From NCBI GenBank assembly GCA_030390025.1, contig CM059432.1, positions 97,838,001-97,902,000 on the forward strand: a stretch of 64,000 nt of DNA. The letters are read 5' to 3'. Shown here piece after piece: positions 35,309 to 47,538 of the stretch. The translations under genes were made by a program, and so were the position numbers. A model generated the notes under the pieces. That model searched no databases, was not told the origin of the DNA, and worked only from the letters and a program-made list of their open reading frames with translations. The first letter of the stretch is position 1. Each line of letters begins with the position of its first letter. The stretch is from Squalus acanthias (Eukaryota).

Positions 35309-36299
35309 GTAGAGAACATAATAGAAATGTACAGATGAGTCATCTAACACAATTATCTCAATGTTTTATTAAAAACTTATAATTGCCTGTATATTCTACA
35401 TTATAATATAGGAGTGATTTTCCTCTGGTTTTCACTGTGGGAACACCTGTTTCCCGGGGCTAAGACAAAGGTTTCTGTCACCAATGCACTTCATGCACAC
35501 TTCTAAGGGTTTTCCTGAGGGATGACGGAGTGTTTTTATCCGAAAGAGGTGAACACATTCAAAGGCCATACTAATGAGTTGCAAGTAATGTAAGCGCGCC
35601 TATCATCTCTTTTTCCTGAGCCTCTGATGCAGTACCATTAGGAAGTGGATGGAATGGAGGATCTAAGAAGGGGCACGCTGCAAACTCCTGCAAATTCCTT
35701 TTATTAGCACCAGCAGGATGCATATTGGATCTGGAGGCCATCTGGCTGCAGTTTTTGGACAGGAATTAGAAAGCCCGGAGGCCAGCAGCCATTACCACTA
35801 GCGCAAGCTTCGGAGGCCTGCAGAAGCAATTCAATGGAAAGGAAAAATTGGCAGAATGTATAACAGACAGCCGATCTGCTGCTGCCTATTTTGCGCTCTG
35901 GCGAAGTTGAATTTCTCCCCAAATATCTCTCTGCTGTTTCATAATTCATCTCATTTTCTCGCAGTCTTTCTTCTTGCTCTTCCATTTGCTCTCAGAGTCA
36001 AAAGAAAGACCTTCATTAAGAAGAGTCTTAATAGAAATTCAGACAGCACACTGTTTTAATTGTTGTAACTTTGTATCCATAGTCAAGTACAGGAAATTCC
36101 TTGACCTGGGGGTGTTTGCATGATTGACAATTGCATGTGGTTAGTTAAGATGGCTGAACATTAAACAGCACACATAATTTTCTTTTATATTTAAATCTTG
36201 AAACTTAGTGCTCCAATAGTGCTCCAATATTTCATCAGGGTCTTGGTCTTGATTGTACGTCTAGCTTTCCAACACAGAATTGATCCATCAATGCCTTTT

Positions 36300-37690
36300 G
36301 AAGGAACTTGCTTGTTAACAGCAAGGCAGCTGAAAGGGGTAATAATACAGTGAAGAAGGAAAATGAACCTGTCGAAATTTGAAAGATCCTAAAATAGACT
36401 GTAAATATTGTGGAGAATGTTAGATAAGAAACTGTGCTTTTTTGTCAGAAATATAATACATGCAGAGAACCAAACCATTTTTCAGGCAAGTGTTCAAAGT
36501 CCAGAAACCATTACAGCAAACAGCAGTTACATATTGTGTCTGGAGCTGCTGGTGACTCACATGAAAATTACATTCTCTTGTTTAAAGCTTTTGGATCTGG
36601 AGAAGATACCAGTTCACTAACAAATTAAATGCCACCGTGATCAAGAGCAACAAGCAAGTCAGGTTCCAGCTACTCTTGGACAACTGTCAATGTTCTAACT
36701 GTAAATGAGTGTTATGAACCGATGATCCAAGTGACAGAGAATTCTAACATAAAATGAAGCCACTGGGGAAAAAGAGTCAGTGTTAGGAATCCCAAGAAGA
36801 AGAAGTATGACACTGAGTTTCAAATAGATATAAATCTGTTCTAGCTAGTACAGCCATTCAACTTATACAACCTGTGACAGTAAATGACAAGAACATTAAG
36901 ATGACGGATGGCTCATCAATACTCTTAAAACAAGATGTAACGGACAAGTACCAGGATGTTTTCAAAAGAGAGGGGAAGTTAGAAGTCACTCCACACTGAC
37001 AAGTTGATCCCAAGATCCTATCTGCACAGCTGTCAGTCAGAAAACTACCTCTAGTTGGAAAAGAACTTGCCAGGAAGAACATTAGTGAGCTTGTTGATAA
37101 GAAAACTCTTGTACAGGTCATATTCTAATTGTCTTTTCAATGGTGTTGGTAATGGGAAGAATGATAAAGTGATCTAAAGCTGCTTAACAGAGCCATAACT
37201 ACCTATTTCACACCATAGATGTTTTTCTGCCTGAACTAGCAAAAGTGAAACACTTCACTGTTATGGATGGAATGAATGGGTTTTGGCATATTGTATTAGA
37301 TGCAGATTTGAGACTTTACACTACCTTTCCAACACCATTTAAAAGATACAGGGGGTGTGCTTGACTTTCAGAATCACTCCAGCTCCTGAAGATTTTCAAA
37401 GAAGACTCCATGAAATATATGGCAGGAGTTGCTGTCTTGGCAGATGACATTTTAGTCTATGGTATGGATGAACAGAATCATCAGTGGAAATTGGAAGAAA
37501 TGTTAAAATCATGCGAACATAAAAAGTCAAACTGAACAAGAATAAAATGAAGGTCAGGGAGTGAAAACTGAAATATGTAGGTCAGCAATGCTCTGAAGTT
37601 GGACTTAATCTAGCTGCTGCTTAAATTGAAGCAATGCTTAAGATGCCTCCTACCAGCTACAAAAAATATATTCAGATAATTCTTGAAATG
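36300..37690 (+). mobile_element. Gypsy/Ty3 LTR retrotransposon gag-pol relic
   Basis: Zinc-knuckle remnant CREPNHFSGKC; RT motifs PFHTIDVFLPELAKVKHFTVMDGMNGFWHIVLD, TTFPTPFKRY, PAPEDFQRR, GVAVLADDILVYG. Confidence 0.85.
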
Positions 37691-37699
37691 ACAGCAGGC

Positions 37700-38240
37700 A
37701 CACTTTAGAATGAGGTGCAAACTTAGTGAAGCTACTACAAAAGGCTACCTGCATACTAAACACCAAAAACATCAGGCTATAGACTGAGCTAAGTGGTTTC
37801 ACAACTAACGGATCACAGCACAACTCTCCCTATCATATCCAATCGAGAATAGTGATGGACGACCAGGCAAGTAGCTGGAGGAAGAACTCCATCCTTAACC
37901 AAGGTGAGGTCCACCATGTGAGTGGAAGAGACAAGGCTGAATTGTTTGCATATATCTTCAGCCAAAAGTGCCAAGTGGATTATCCTACTTGGCTTCCTCC
38001 CAAGTTCCCCACTATTATGGATGCTAGTGTCCAGCCAATTTGATTCACTCCATTTGACATTAAGAAGCAGCTGGGTGCAATGGCCATAGCAAAGACTATG
38101 AGCCTGACAACATCCTGGGTGTAATGGTGAAGCCCTGTGCACCAGAGCTAGCTACTCCCTTAGACAAGCTGTTCCAGTAGATCTATTACCTGATAATATG
38201 GAAGATTGCCCAGGTATGTTCTATCCACACAAAAAAAGGA
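37700..38240 (+). mobile_element. Zenon-like LINE internal fragment
   Basis: HVSGRDKAELFAYIFSQKCQVD; homologous to 53645-53970 (-). Confidence 0.7.
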
Positions 38241-38269
38241 TGACCTGGAAGTTGCTGGGTCTACTAATT

Positions 38270-39170
38270 TAAATTATGCTGGTGGGACAAGGGTGGTGGT
38301 CCATCAAGCAGAGGATCATGTATGACAAGAGAGCCCAGAAAATTTAGTAGGAGGGTGGAGCAAGGACACAGATTACCTATTTAAAGGGGCCCATCAGTTC
38401 AAGGGCTGAGCAAGCTCTTGGAAGAGAGATTTAACTGGCTGGAGCTAAAGAAGGAAAAAGGCAAGTTTTTAATTTTTCAAAGGGTGATGTGGTAGTGCTG
38501 TTGGCACAAATTAGAAACAGAGGAATGACATTGTTGCAGTACCAGGGAAGAGGGCATCAACTGCAACAGCATGGGACATGTGGGAGGAGCTGGCTATGGT
38601 TGTGAGTGGAACCTTCATAATCTCAAGAATCCCTCTGCAGTGACAGAAGAAGTTTAATGACCTCACTAGATCAGGAAAGGTAAGAGTGCTTTCAGATGAA
38701 TAACAGGACAGATAATTGAAATACAGACAAGCACATGGGTCTTCCGTAAAACAATAGTAAAGCATTTCCCTTTAGAATATCACTTGGCACCATGTCCTTT
38801 GTCCCAGAAGGAAGGTCATTTGGCAGCACTCATGTTCAGTGTTTAATATCCTGTTCTGAATATTGGCATACTGAAATCTCACAGCCTAGGTCCTTGCTTC
38901 CTGACATCTATCCTTACTACCACCCATTCCACAAACCCAGACTGTTTATGGCTGAAGGATCTAGATACCGCAGCAGACAATTAATTCTATACAATCCTCC
39001 TGCAAGAGAAGACAACACATAATGTCAGGCAATGCCAGGCCACTGGAGGAGGACATGCCAATATCCAGCATTTGACAGCACACAAAGAGGAAGCATAGGC
39101 CATAATTGGCTTTCACTGAAGCCTGGCAGTTAGAGGTGGATGTGTGGGAGTCTCTGTGCCTTCAACGGGT
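38270..39170 (+). pseudogene. Old Harbinger Myb/SANT gene remnant (exons 1-2)
   Basis: TATTTAAAGGGG upstream; KKFNDLTRSGK|GTAAGA donor at ~38680; exon 2 EKTTHNVRQCQATGGG. Confidence 0.65.
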
Positions 39171-39199
39171 TTGTGAAAAAAATACACCTTTATTTCAAT

Positions 39200-39635
39200 G
39201 TTGCTCAGTGGTAGCACTCTTGCCTCTGAATCAGAAGTCCATTCCAGTGACTCTAGCATAATCAAGCTGCCACTTTTGTGCAGTACTGAGTGAGTGCTGC
39301 ACTGTCAGAGGTGCCACCTTTCAAATGAGACGTTAAACCAAGGCACCATCTAACCTCTCAGGTGGACGTAAAATATCTCATGGCACTATTCGAAAAAGAC
39401 CAGAGGAGTTTTCCCTGGTATCCTGACCAATATTTATCCCTCAATCAATATCAATAAAACAAATTATCTGGCCATTATCACATTGTTGCTTGTGGGACCT
39501 TGCTGTGTGCAAATTGGCTGCTGCATTTCCTACATTACAACAGTAACTACACTTCTAAAGTACTTCATTGACTAAAAACAGCTTTGCGACATCCCGAGGT
39601 CATGAAAGGCACTGTATAACTGCAATTTCCTTTTC
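39200..39635 (+). mobile_element. Near full-length DeuSINE/SacSINE-like SINE
   Basis: tRNA-like head GCTCAGTGGTAGCACTCTTGCCTCTGAATCAGAAG, Deu core, L2-like tail. Confidence 0.85.
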
Positions 39636-39724
39636 TGATAATAAATTAAGTTGAATAATAAGGTACTATAGCCTACACAATAGATTTGTTTAAAAGTAAG
39701 AGATAGGAAAATTAATTTTGTTAA

Positions 39725-40100
39725 GCTCCACCGATGAGTCAGTAAATATATCAAATGAGCTGCTGAGACGTGGAGACCAGTAAGGTCCCAAATTCACCCT
39801 TGCCCTGTGTTGAGTTACTTGATCTAATCTAGGGTTGAGTTATGGGTGCCGTAATTGTTTACAGCCTCCCTAAGTTAGGGAGGGAGAAAGCAGCCAGGGC
39901 TTCCTCTTCTATTTGCTATCCAGCTGGAAGAGTTCATGTGTGGATGTTGGGTGAAAAAGGACTGGTGTTGGCTGAGAAGCCTCCCATGGTAAAAATTGAT
40001 ATTCTCTGTCAAAACTCTCATGATAACAGCCATTCGACTGAGTTACTGGAGGGCAAGCTGCCCCAATGGAACCTTACCGCAGTGGGAAGTAAAAAGAGGA
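39725..40100 (+). mobile_element. Probable degraded SINE of a different family
   Basis: AAGGTCCCAAATTCACCC...GTGTTGAGTTACTTGATCT...GTTAGGGAGGGAGAAAGCAGCCAGGG; recognised only loosely as a shark interspersed repeat. Confidence 0.4.
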
Positions 40101-40589
40101 TGATAGGGGGTAAAAGTTGACAGGAATTCTTTTTTTATAAAAACATATCTTCTGGAATAGCACAAAGGTGAATTCTAAGAACTTGCTTTATGCTGATCCC
40201 ATATTTTTAGTATTTTTGTATTACAATTAATGCTTTCTGAACTATTTATCGATTGATTACATTTGTTAATGTTACTAGTTCTAAAGAGTTCCAATCCTTC
40301 AGTGATTCCTGCACTTTCCAAAATATTGTGCGTGCAAGGTCAGCAAATACCATCATTTATCTTAAAGTAATTTGGCTCCCTGAAGATCACTGTTGTATAT
40401 GCATGTGAGTGTAGTAATACTATAGTGCCACTACTGGTGTGGGAAGTTTATACTTTGGAACATGTCTCAAACGTGCCACTTGTCGCAGGTTAAATGAAAA
40501 CTAATAGCAGTTATATTTCACATTTATCATCAATGCAGTTAGTAATCATGTTGATGGGCAATATTAAAATATTACTATCACTCATATCT

Positions 40590-40850
40590 AGAATGTGGAC
40601 ATTTAGGAGTGAAATCAGGAAGTACTTTTTCACACAAAGGGTAGTGAAAATCTGGACCTCCCTTTCACCAAAAGGCTTTGGATGCTGGGTCAATTGTAAT
40701 TTTCAAGACTGAGATCGATTGATTTTAATTAGGTAAGAAATCAAGGGATGTGGATCAATGGTAGGTAAATGGAGTTGAGATACAGATCAGCCATGATCTA
40801 ATTGAATGGCAGAACAGGCTCGAGGGGCTGAATGGCCTACTCCTCTGTTA
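40590..40850 (+). mobile_element. CR1/HER1 3' fragment
   Basis: FRSEIRKYFFTQRVVKIW; GATCAGCCATGATCTAATTGAATGGC...GGGGCTGAATGGCCTACTCC. Confidence 0.8.
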
Positions 40851-43077
40851 CTGCTAAGTTTGCAACCTACAATCTTTAACTTTTTATGTTTTAATAGAGT
40901 ATTGGATCTCCATGATAAACGTTACTGAAAGGTTTTTTGTATGCAATTATTTAAATTCCATCAAAGCACATGCTTATTAGACTCAGAGCACAAGGCACTT
41001 TGCCCTCCCTGAGCAATCTGTTTCATTTGCGCTGAATGCAAAATTCTAACATTTATAACTTTGACTTTTAACAAAACAAAGTTAAACATATATTTTTCTG
41101 TAGTCTCTTCATATTGTAGAACCTATCTGAGGCAGTGTTGTCACAAATTGCAGTTGGCCAGCTGCAATAAATGTGATATCTAATTAGCTACAGCACAAGA
41201 AGTGAAATTAATTGTCAGCTTACATTTTGTATTTCTGAATTATAACATGGCTGCTTTACATATTAGTAGTCATTTGAATAACATAAAAATAATTTGTGCA
41301 CAATATGGCAAAAAGACATGCAAACATTAAAAGTAACGATAGATAAGAATGGACTATTTAGAATTCATGAAAATAGGATAAGATCTTTTCAGTAAAACAA
41401 CATGTGGGTAAGTGTAAGTGACACGTGTAATGAAGGCATAAAACAAATACCCAGCGTAAAAGATTGAGGAAGCTCAGGCACAATTGTGTTGTGCAGGTAA
41501 TTACGTTACAACCAAATTTCCTTGCTCTTTTATGCTCAACAATCGATCCCTGCGCCCGAAACCATCTCGGCTCATTGTAATTCACAACACCTGCAAACGC
41601 AAGCCCTGAACTTTAGGCGCAGCAGGAAACAAAATCATTTTTTTTCTGGTGTCTTATTATGATTTATTTGAGCGTTTAAAAAAATAATTATCCTCACTGA
41701 CACCCGTACTGTTTCTTTCTATTTCTTTAATTGCATTTTAAGGTATCAGTATAAGTGATATTAAAAATTGAAAAGCTTCCACGATAGCATGTTCTTAAGC
41801 ATGCCGTGTCTAGTGTCCATGAATGATAGTTAGATGACTTGATACTTTAATTTTCATAATTAAAGAAGGAATATATGGTATGAGTTTGGCGCTTTCCTCA
41901 GGCCCCGATTGTTTACGCTGATTGTTAATTAGATTTGCAAGAAATTTGGGTATAAATAGACATCGGCAAAATGGATGCACGAATGGGCATAATTTCAGGT
42001 ATTACTTCCCGATTAAGCCCCCACAGGAAATTCCACCCCCATATCTGTAACAAGAACGTTGGTGTTAAAAATTATAGAAAATATTTAAAAATATATTATT
42101 TATGAATGCAGATCAACAGTTTTGAACAATCCATTTCTTATGCTAGATTTACCTTTAAATAATTTCCAGTTATTAAATGGCTGGTTCTGAAGGGTGTGCT
42201 GGGTCTCTCCTTCACAATGTGATGATATGTGACATGCATTAAGAGCAGAAATGGGGTAGTTCATAATTAACTCCATCAGACTTGTCATCAGATAAGAGGG
42301 AGAAATTCAAAGCTGATGATGACTGAATAGCAATGTAGGACACTTGTTAATGTTCTATCATTTCATTCCTTCTTTTTAGCTACACACTGATTGTTTAAAT
42401 CAGAAATTATATTGAGAATTTGATGGCTTCCACTTTGCATTTATCAGACAGCGTCTTAAAACTGGGTTTATTATCTTATTATTCAACAGACCTGATCTCA
42501 GAATTAGCCTGCTGAGCTACTGCTTTCTGAATATGAAACAGAATCTGCAACGAATATCAATCAAATTGTCACTTAGAAGCTGAGCATGACCATATCAGTA
42601 ATTTAATCATTATATTTCACATAGGTTTCAGGTCACCTTTGAACATTTTCTCCTCTCTCTGATGATTCATAGCATTGACCTTTTGTTCCTGGATCAGGTG
42701 TCCTCCTTGGTAAATTAGAGGCACATTGTTGTATTTCATTTTAGCTTGTTTTTAATGGTAATTGTGTTTGTAAACGAACTGGATATGACAAAAAATTTCC
42801 ACCATGGAACTGAGCTTACATTTTCTACCGTAACAACTGAAACTGCCTGTTTCATTATTTACTGAAGCAGGCCAGTTCCAATGTGGAATAGCTTTTCAAT
42901 TATAAAATTTAGCACCTTATGTTTCGAATGGCAGGCAATTTTGCACCAGCTGATGCACGTCACATATATCTGGATGTGCGCCTGATATTGAACACGTGAA
43001 TGCATATCTGATGTCGCTGGTTAGACGTATTCCTGGAGGTTTGATAACGTGATGTCTGATCACGTGATGTCTGATTC

Positions 43078-43374
43078 AGTCTCAGGATAAGAGGTCAGCC
43101 ATTTAGGACTGAGAGGAGGAGAAATTTCTCACTCAAAGAGGTTGAATCCTTGGAATTCTCTACCCCAGAGGGCTGTGGATGCTCAGTCGTTGAGTATATT
43201 CAAGTCAGAGAGCGATAGAATTTTGGATATTAAGGGAAACAAGGGATGTGGGGATAGTGTGCGAAGGTGGAGTTGAGGTAGAAGGTCAGCCATGATCTTT
43301 TTGAATAGCGGAGCAGGTTCGAAGGGCCAAAGGCCAAATGGACTACTCCTCCTCCTGTTTCTTATGCTCTTATG
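43078..43374 (+). mobile_element. CR1/HER1 3' fragment
   Basis: AGTCTCAGGATAAGAGGTCAGCCATTTAGGACTGAG...TTTCTTATGCTCTTATG. Confidence 0.82.
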
Positions 43375-43433
43375 ATCACGTGACACTTGCCCGCAGTTTG
43401 CAAGTGTGATAGCTTCCCTTCCCTTTCTCCTGC

Positions 43434-44815
43434 AGGCAGAGGTGGCACACAACCGTCGTGAGCAGCAGCAGACATGCTATGGGGAAGCCCGACTTCAGAA
43501 CCTCACTGAGCTGGACGAGACAGTCACTGAGGCCGTGGCGAGCAGTGAATTTGAAACCATTGCTGATGACAGTATGTTCATACCTAATCCTTCTTCTCAC
43601 GTCCCACTTCCCCCTCATCCCACAATCTCTTCTCACTGACAAGCTGTTGATGGTGTAAGCATGCACATCTTCCTTTCCCCCCATTCCCCTCACCACAACC
43701 CGACCCTTGTGCATTTCTCCTTTCAGACACCCAAGAACTGCAACCAGCCCAGCCTGTCCCCGAGGTTGTAGAGGAGGAGAATGAAGGAGAAGAAGAGGCA
43801 CCGTCACTGCATCTGACACTCCCAGGCACCAGCTCAGAAAATGGCACTGTGCATACTTTAGAGGATAGTAAAGAGATGGGATCTGCACGTGATGAGTCAC
43901 CAGGCACGAGTGGGCTGTGGTCAGGCCAGGGGGAAAATGTAGCTCAGGTGCCAGCTCCCATGAGGGCGAGTTCGCCCACGAGTTCTGCTGCACAGGATTC
44001 AAATGATGACTTCGATGGGGCGGCCTTCAGAAGAAGAGTGATGGGCATGCACACAGAAATGCTTGGTGCAGTGGCAGGCCTGCCAGAGAGCCTCTTGTCA
44101 GTGTCAAGAAGCATGGAGGAGTCCGGCTCCAACATTGCACAAGGGCTTTGCGCAGAGCTTGGAGCCCATGATTTCCAGGATGGAAATGATGGACAACTCC
44201 ATTAGAGCACTTGTGGACTCAACCATGATGCTGGGTGTGATGGGCGATGTCACAGCTTCCATTACAGTACAAGCGGAAGCGACCCAACATCTGAGTGCTG
44301 CAGTGGAAGCTCAGACTGCTCTCATGCAGGCTCAGCTTGCTGCCATGCAATCTCAGACTGCTGCCATCGTGGCTGGGTTTACAAGTGTGGAAAGGGGCTT
44401 GCAGGGTCTCACATCAGTCCAGCAATCTGTCCTTCATCAGATGGCTAGGAATGCTGAGGTGCCGCCCCGGGGGAGTGGCATTGGCTCCGTGGAGCAAGAA
44501 CCTGTTGTCCTCTCTCAGGATGACAGCATTCACCCTCCCATCACTGCCACATCACCAGTGCCCTTGCTGCTGTCTGTCAGCCAGCCAGCCCAGACTGTTG
44601 TAGCCAATGCCGAGGTGGTGCAGTCTACAGCCAGGTCTTCTCGGCTCAGAGCTGCTCAAGATCATCCTGCAGGGCCATCTGCAGTCTCCCCCACGGCAAG
44701 TCAAGAGACTTCCACCAGCCATGCTGCAGCTATTGGGGTAGCAGTGCATAGGAGCACTAGCGTAGGAAAAGGAACACGAAAGACAGACACTAAGGGAATG
44801 CACAGTGATGATTAA
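43434..44815 (+). pseudogene. Harbinger copy E Myb/SANT partner, exons 2-3
   Basis: CTGCAG|AEVAHNRREQQQT; GTATGT donor; exon 3 highly similar to 1756-2828. Confidence 0.85.
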
Positions 44816-44981
44816 TTGACATTTTTGTGTATTTTTGCTTTGATTAATTTATAAATTATGTTTGGAATTATTTGTTTTGTGGTGACTCTCATTTCAGCTT
44901 TGTGCCCAAGAAGACACTGTGATGTTCTGTGACAGAGGGATGGTAAGGTGGGGAAGTGGTGAACAACGGGAATTGGGGGTT

Positions 44982-45668
44982 TCATTCAGGGGTACCGGAT
45001 TGTGATGATGCACTGACAGACAGCCTGTCCAGAACGGGGGTCAGCTGCCTGCCTCCTTCCTTCCTCCTTCTCCTCCTCCTCATCCTCCTCCTCGTCCTCC
45101 TCCTGAGGTGGTCGCGGAATCCCTGGTAGCATGGGCTGCACCCTGAGGATGACCAACTTGTGGAGGATGCAGCACACCACCATAAAATGGGACGTCCACT
45201 CCAGCATGTATTGGAGGGCTCCTCCCAAGTGGTCAAGGCAGCGAAACTATTGCTTCAGCACCCCGATGGTCTGCTTGATCAGGTTCCTCATGGCAGCATG
45301 GCTCTCATTATATGAGTGCTGGCCATAAGTGGTGGGATTGCAGAGGGAATCATCAGCCAGGTGTAGAGTGGATAGCCCTTGACTCCAAGCAATCACCCTT
45401 GGGTTTGACGTGGTGACTGGAAGAATGCTGGTACACCAGACTGGCACAGGATGAAGGCATCATGGCTGCTGCCAAGATACTGAGCATTCACCATCATGAT
45501 GTGGTCACACACCAACTGTACATTAAGCCTTTGTGGCTATGGTACATCTCATGATTGATATGCGGCGCCCGCAAAGCGACGTGTGTCCTGTCGATAGTGC
45601 CCTGCACTATGGGGAAGCCTGATACCCTGCAAAGCAAAATGTGTGCTCCTCCTGCTTCTCTCTGTTCA
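44982..45668 (-). pseudogene. Harbinger copy E transposase, 3' half
   Basis: GFPIVQGTIDRTHVA, HSYNESHAAMRNLIKQTIGVLKQ, VVCCILHKL, acidic tail. Confidence 0.87.
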
Positions 45669-45671
45669 GAG

Positions 45672-46034
45672 TGACCACTGGCCCAAAGCTGCCTCTGAGT
45701 CAGAAGGGTTGGGTTTAGGCCCTATTCCAGACAGCCCTGGCAAGTGGAGACTGGATTGTTGGCTCGGAATACTGGGTTAATGTCCAGCGGGGTACTTGCT
45801 TCTGATGGGCGAGAGAGGTCCTTCCCATCTTAAAGGGTAGGTGGGGCTCTTTCGCCTTGGTTGCAATTCACTGAGCAGAAGGTACTCTGAAGATAAAAAT
45901 CATGAGGAAGGCAATAGCAAACCGCCTCAGCGACTCTACCCTAGTAAGTGGCTCAAGAATTGTGTGTGCAAGACTTGAGTTAGGACCTGCCCTGGGGCAG
46001 AATAGAATGGGCGGACTACTATATACATATATAC
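45672..46034 (+). mobile_element. Putative SINE with tRNA-like head and RTE/Bov-A-like motif
   Basis: GCCTCTGAGTCAGAAGGGTTGGGTTTAGGCCC head; GAGGAAGGCAATAGCAAACC; ends in a TA-rich tail. Confidence 0.5.
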
Positions 46035-46733
46035 AGAAACATAGAAGATAGGAGCAGGAGTAGGCCATTCGGCCCCTCGAGCCTGCTCCGCCATTTAATG
46101 AGATCATGGCTGATCATCCAAATTCAGTACCCTGTCCCTGCTTTCTCCCCATATCCCTTGATGCCTTTAGCCTTAAGAAATATATCTAACTCCTTCTTGA
46201 ATATATTTAATGAATTGGCCTCAACTGTCTTCTGTGATGGAGAATTCCACAGGTTCACCACTCTCTGGGTGAAGAAATTTCTCCTCATCTCAGTCCTAAA
46301 TGGCTTACCCCTTATCCTTAGACTGTGACCCCTGGTTCTGGACTCCCCCGCCATCGGGAACATCCTTCCTGCATCTAGTCTGTCTAGTCCTGTTAGAATT
46401 TTATAAGTTTCAATGTGACCCCCTCTCATTCTTCTAAACTCTAGCAAATATAAGCCTAATCGACCCAATCTCTCTTCATACGTCATTCCTGCCATCCCAG
46501 GTATCAGTCTGGTGAATCTTCCCTGCACTCTCTCCATGGCAAGAACATCCTTCCTCAGATAAGGCGACCAAAACTGCACACAATACTCAAGGTGTGGTCT
46601 CACCAAGGCCCTGTACAACTGCAGCAAGATATCCTTGCTCCTGTACTCGAATCCTCTCGCTATGAAGGCCAACATACCATTTGCCTTCTTAACCGCCTGC
46701 TGCACCTGCATACTTACCTTCAGCGCCTGGTGC
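46035..46733 (-). mobile_element. CR1/HER1 3' fragment with an open 203-aa C-terminus
   Basis: ORF 46124-46735 ([15 protein letters not shown]...FFTQRVVNLWNS). Confidence 0.95.
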
Positions 46734-47538
46734 ATATATATATATAATGTAGATATTTATTTATTTGTTAATTTATTTGTTTATTTATTTATTTATTATT
46801 AATGTAACATCTAACATTTATATAAAATGAATAGCAATAATTCTCTATTGGGGGAGATTTGGTTTTGAGAGTCAACTATTTCAGTACATGAAAAGGTCAG
46901 GCAGAACCTGCACCTGCATGTTACAATAAGAAGATTTGTTTCAAGATATATTTAGCTTCTATGAATGGGGATTGAACCTGAGCCCCATTCTTCCATGGCA
47001 CTGTATGGGTGGTCTTACTCTCTACATGTTTGTAAAACTAAATAAAGTTTAAACATTTACATGATTAAAACATAATAAAAACATTAAAAACACTTAAATA
47101 ATCTAAAGAGGCTATTTAATTGTAACTATAGCTGTTTGAAATGTTAGAGTATTGACTTAATGCGTTTGTATGGCATTCATATGTCTACTGTTATAGCAGA
47201 GGTATAAACCTATTCATTTTAATAAGTTAATTGTAAACCTATTTGGATTACTGTGAAAGTACATAAAAGCATCTTAAATTCTTGCTTCGATCTATTTTTG
47301 AATTCTTTGTTTGATCTATTTACGCAACATGTCTGTTACTATGGCTGATATGTTATCTGTGGTTAATGGTGCTGTATTGTATTCTAATTACACCAACATG
47401 GCTGGAGCATGATCACTGAAGTGAAGCAAAGAACTTGACATTGTTCCACTTTAATCCATATTTTTCAAAAAATGCTAGACTGAAATGGTCAAGATTGCTA
47501 TGTCCATTTAATTCTTCCAATTTCCTTAGGGTAATCTA

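Noticed and set aside
43078..43374. Shared ancestral HER1 insertion in Harbinger copies A and E (both begin AGTCTCAGGATAAG)
   Set aside because: The 3' junctions differ (exon 2 versus intron 1) and the copy A start is set by a MITE boundary; likely coincidence.
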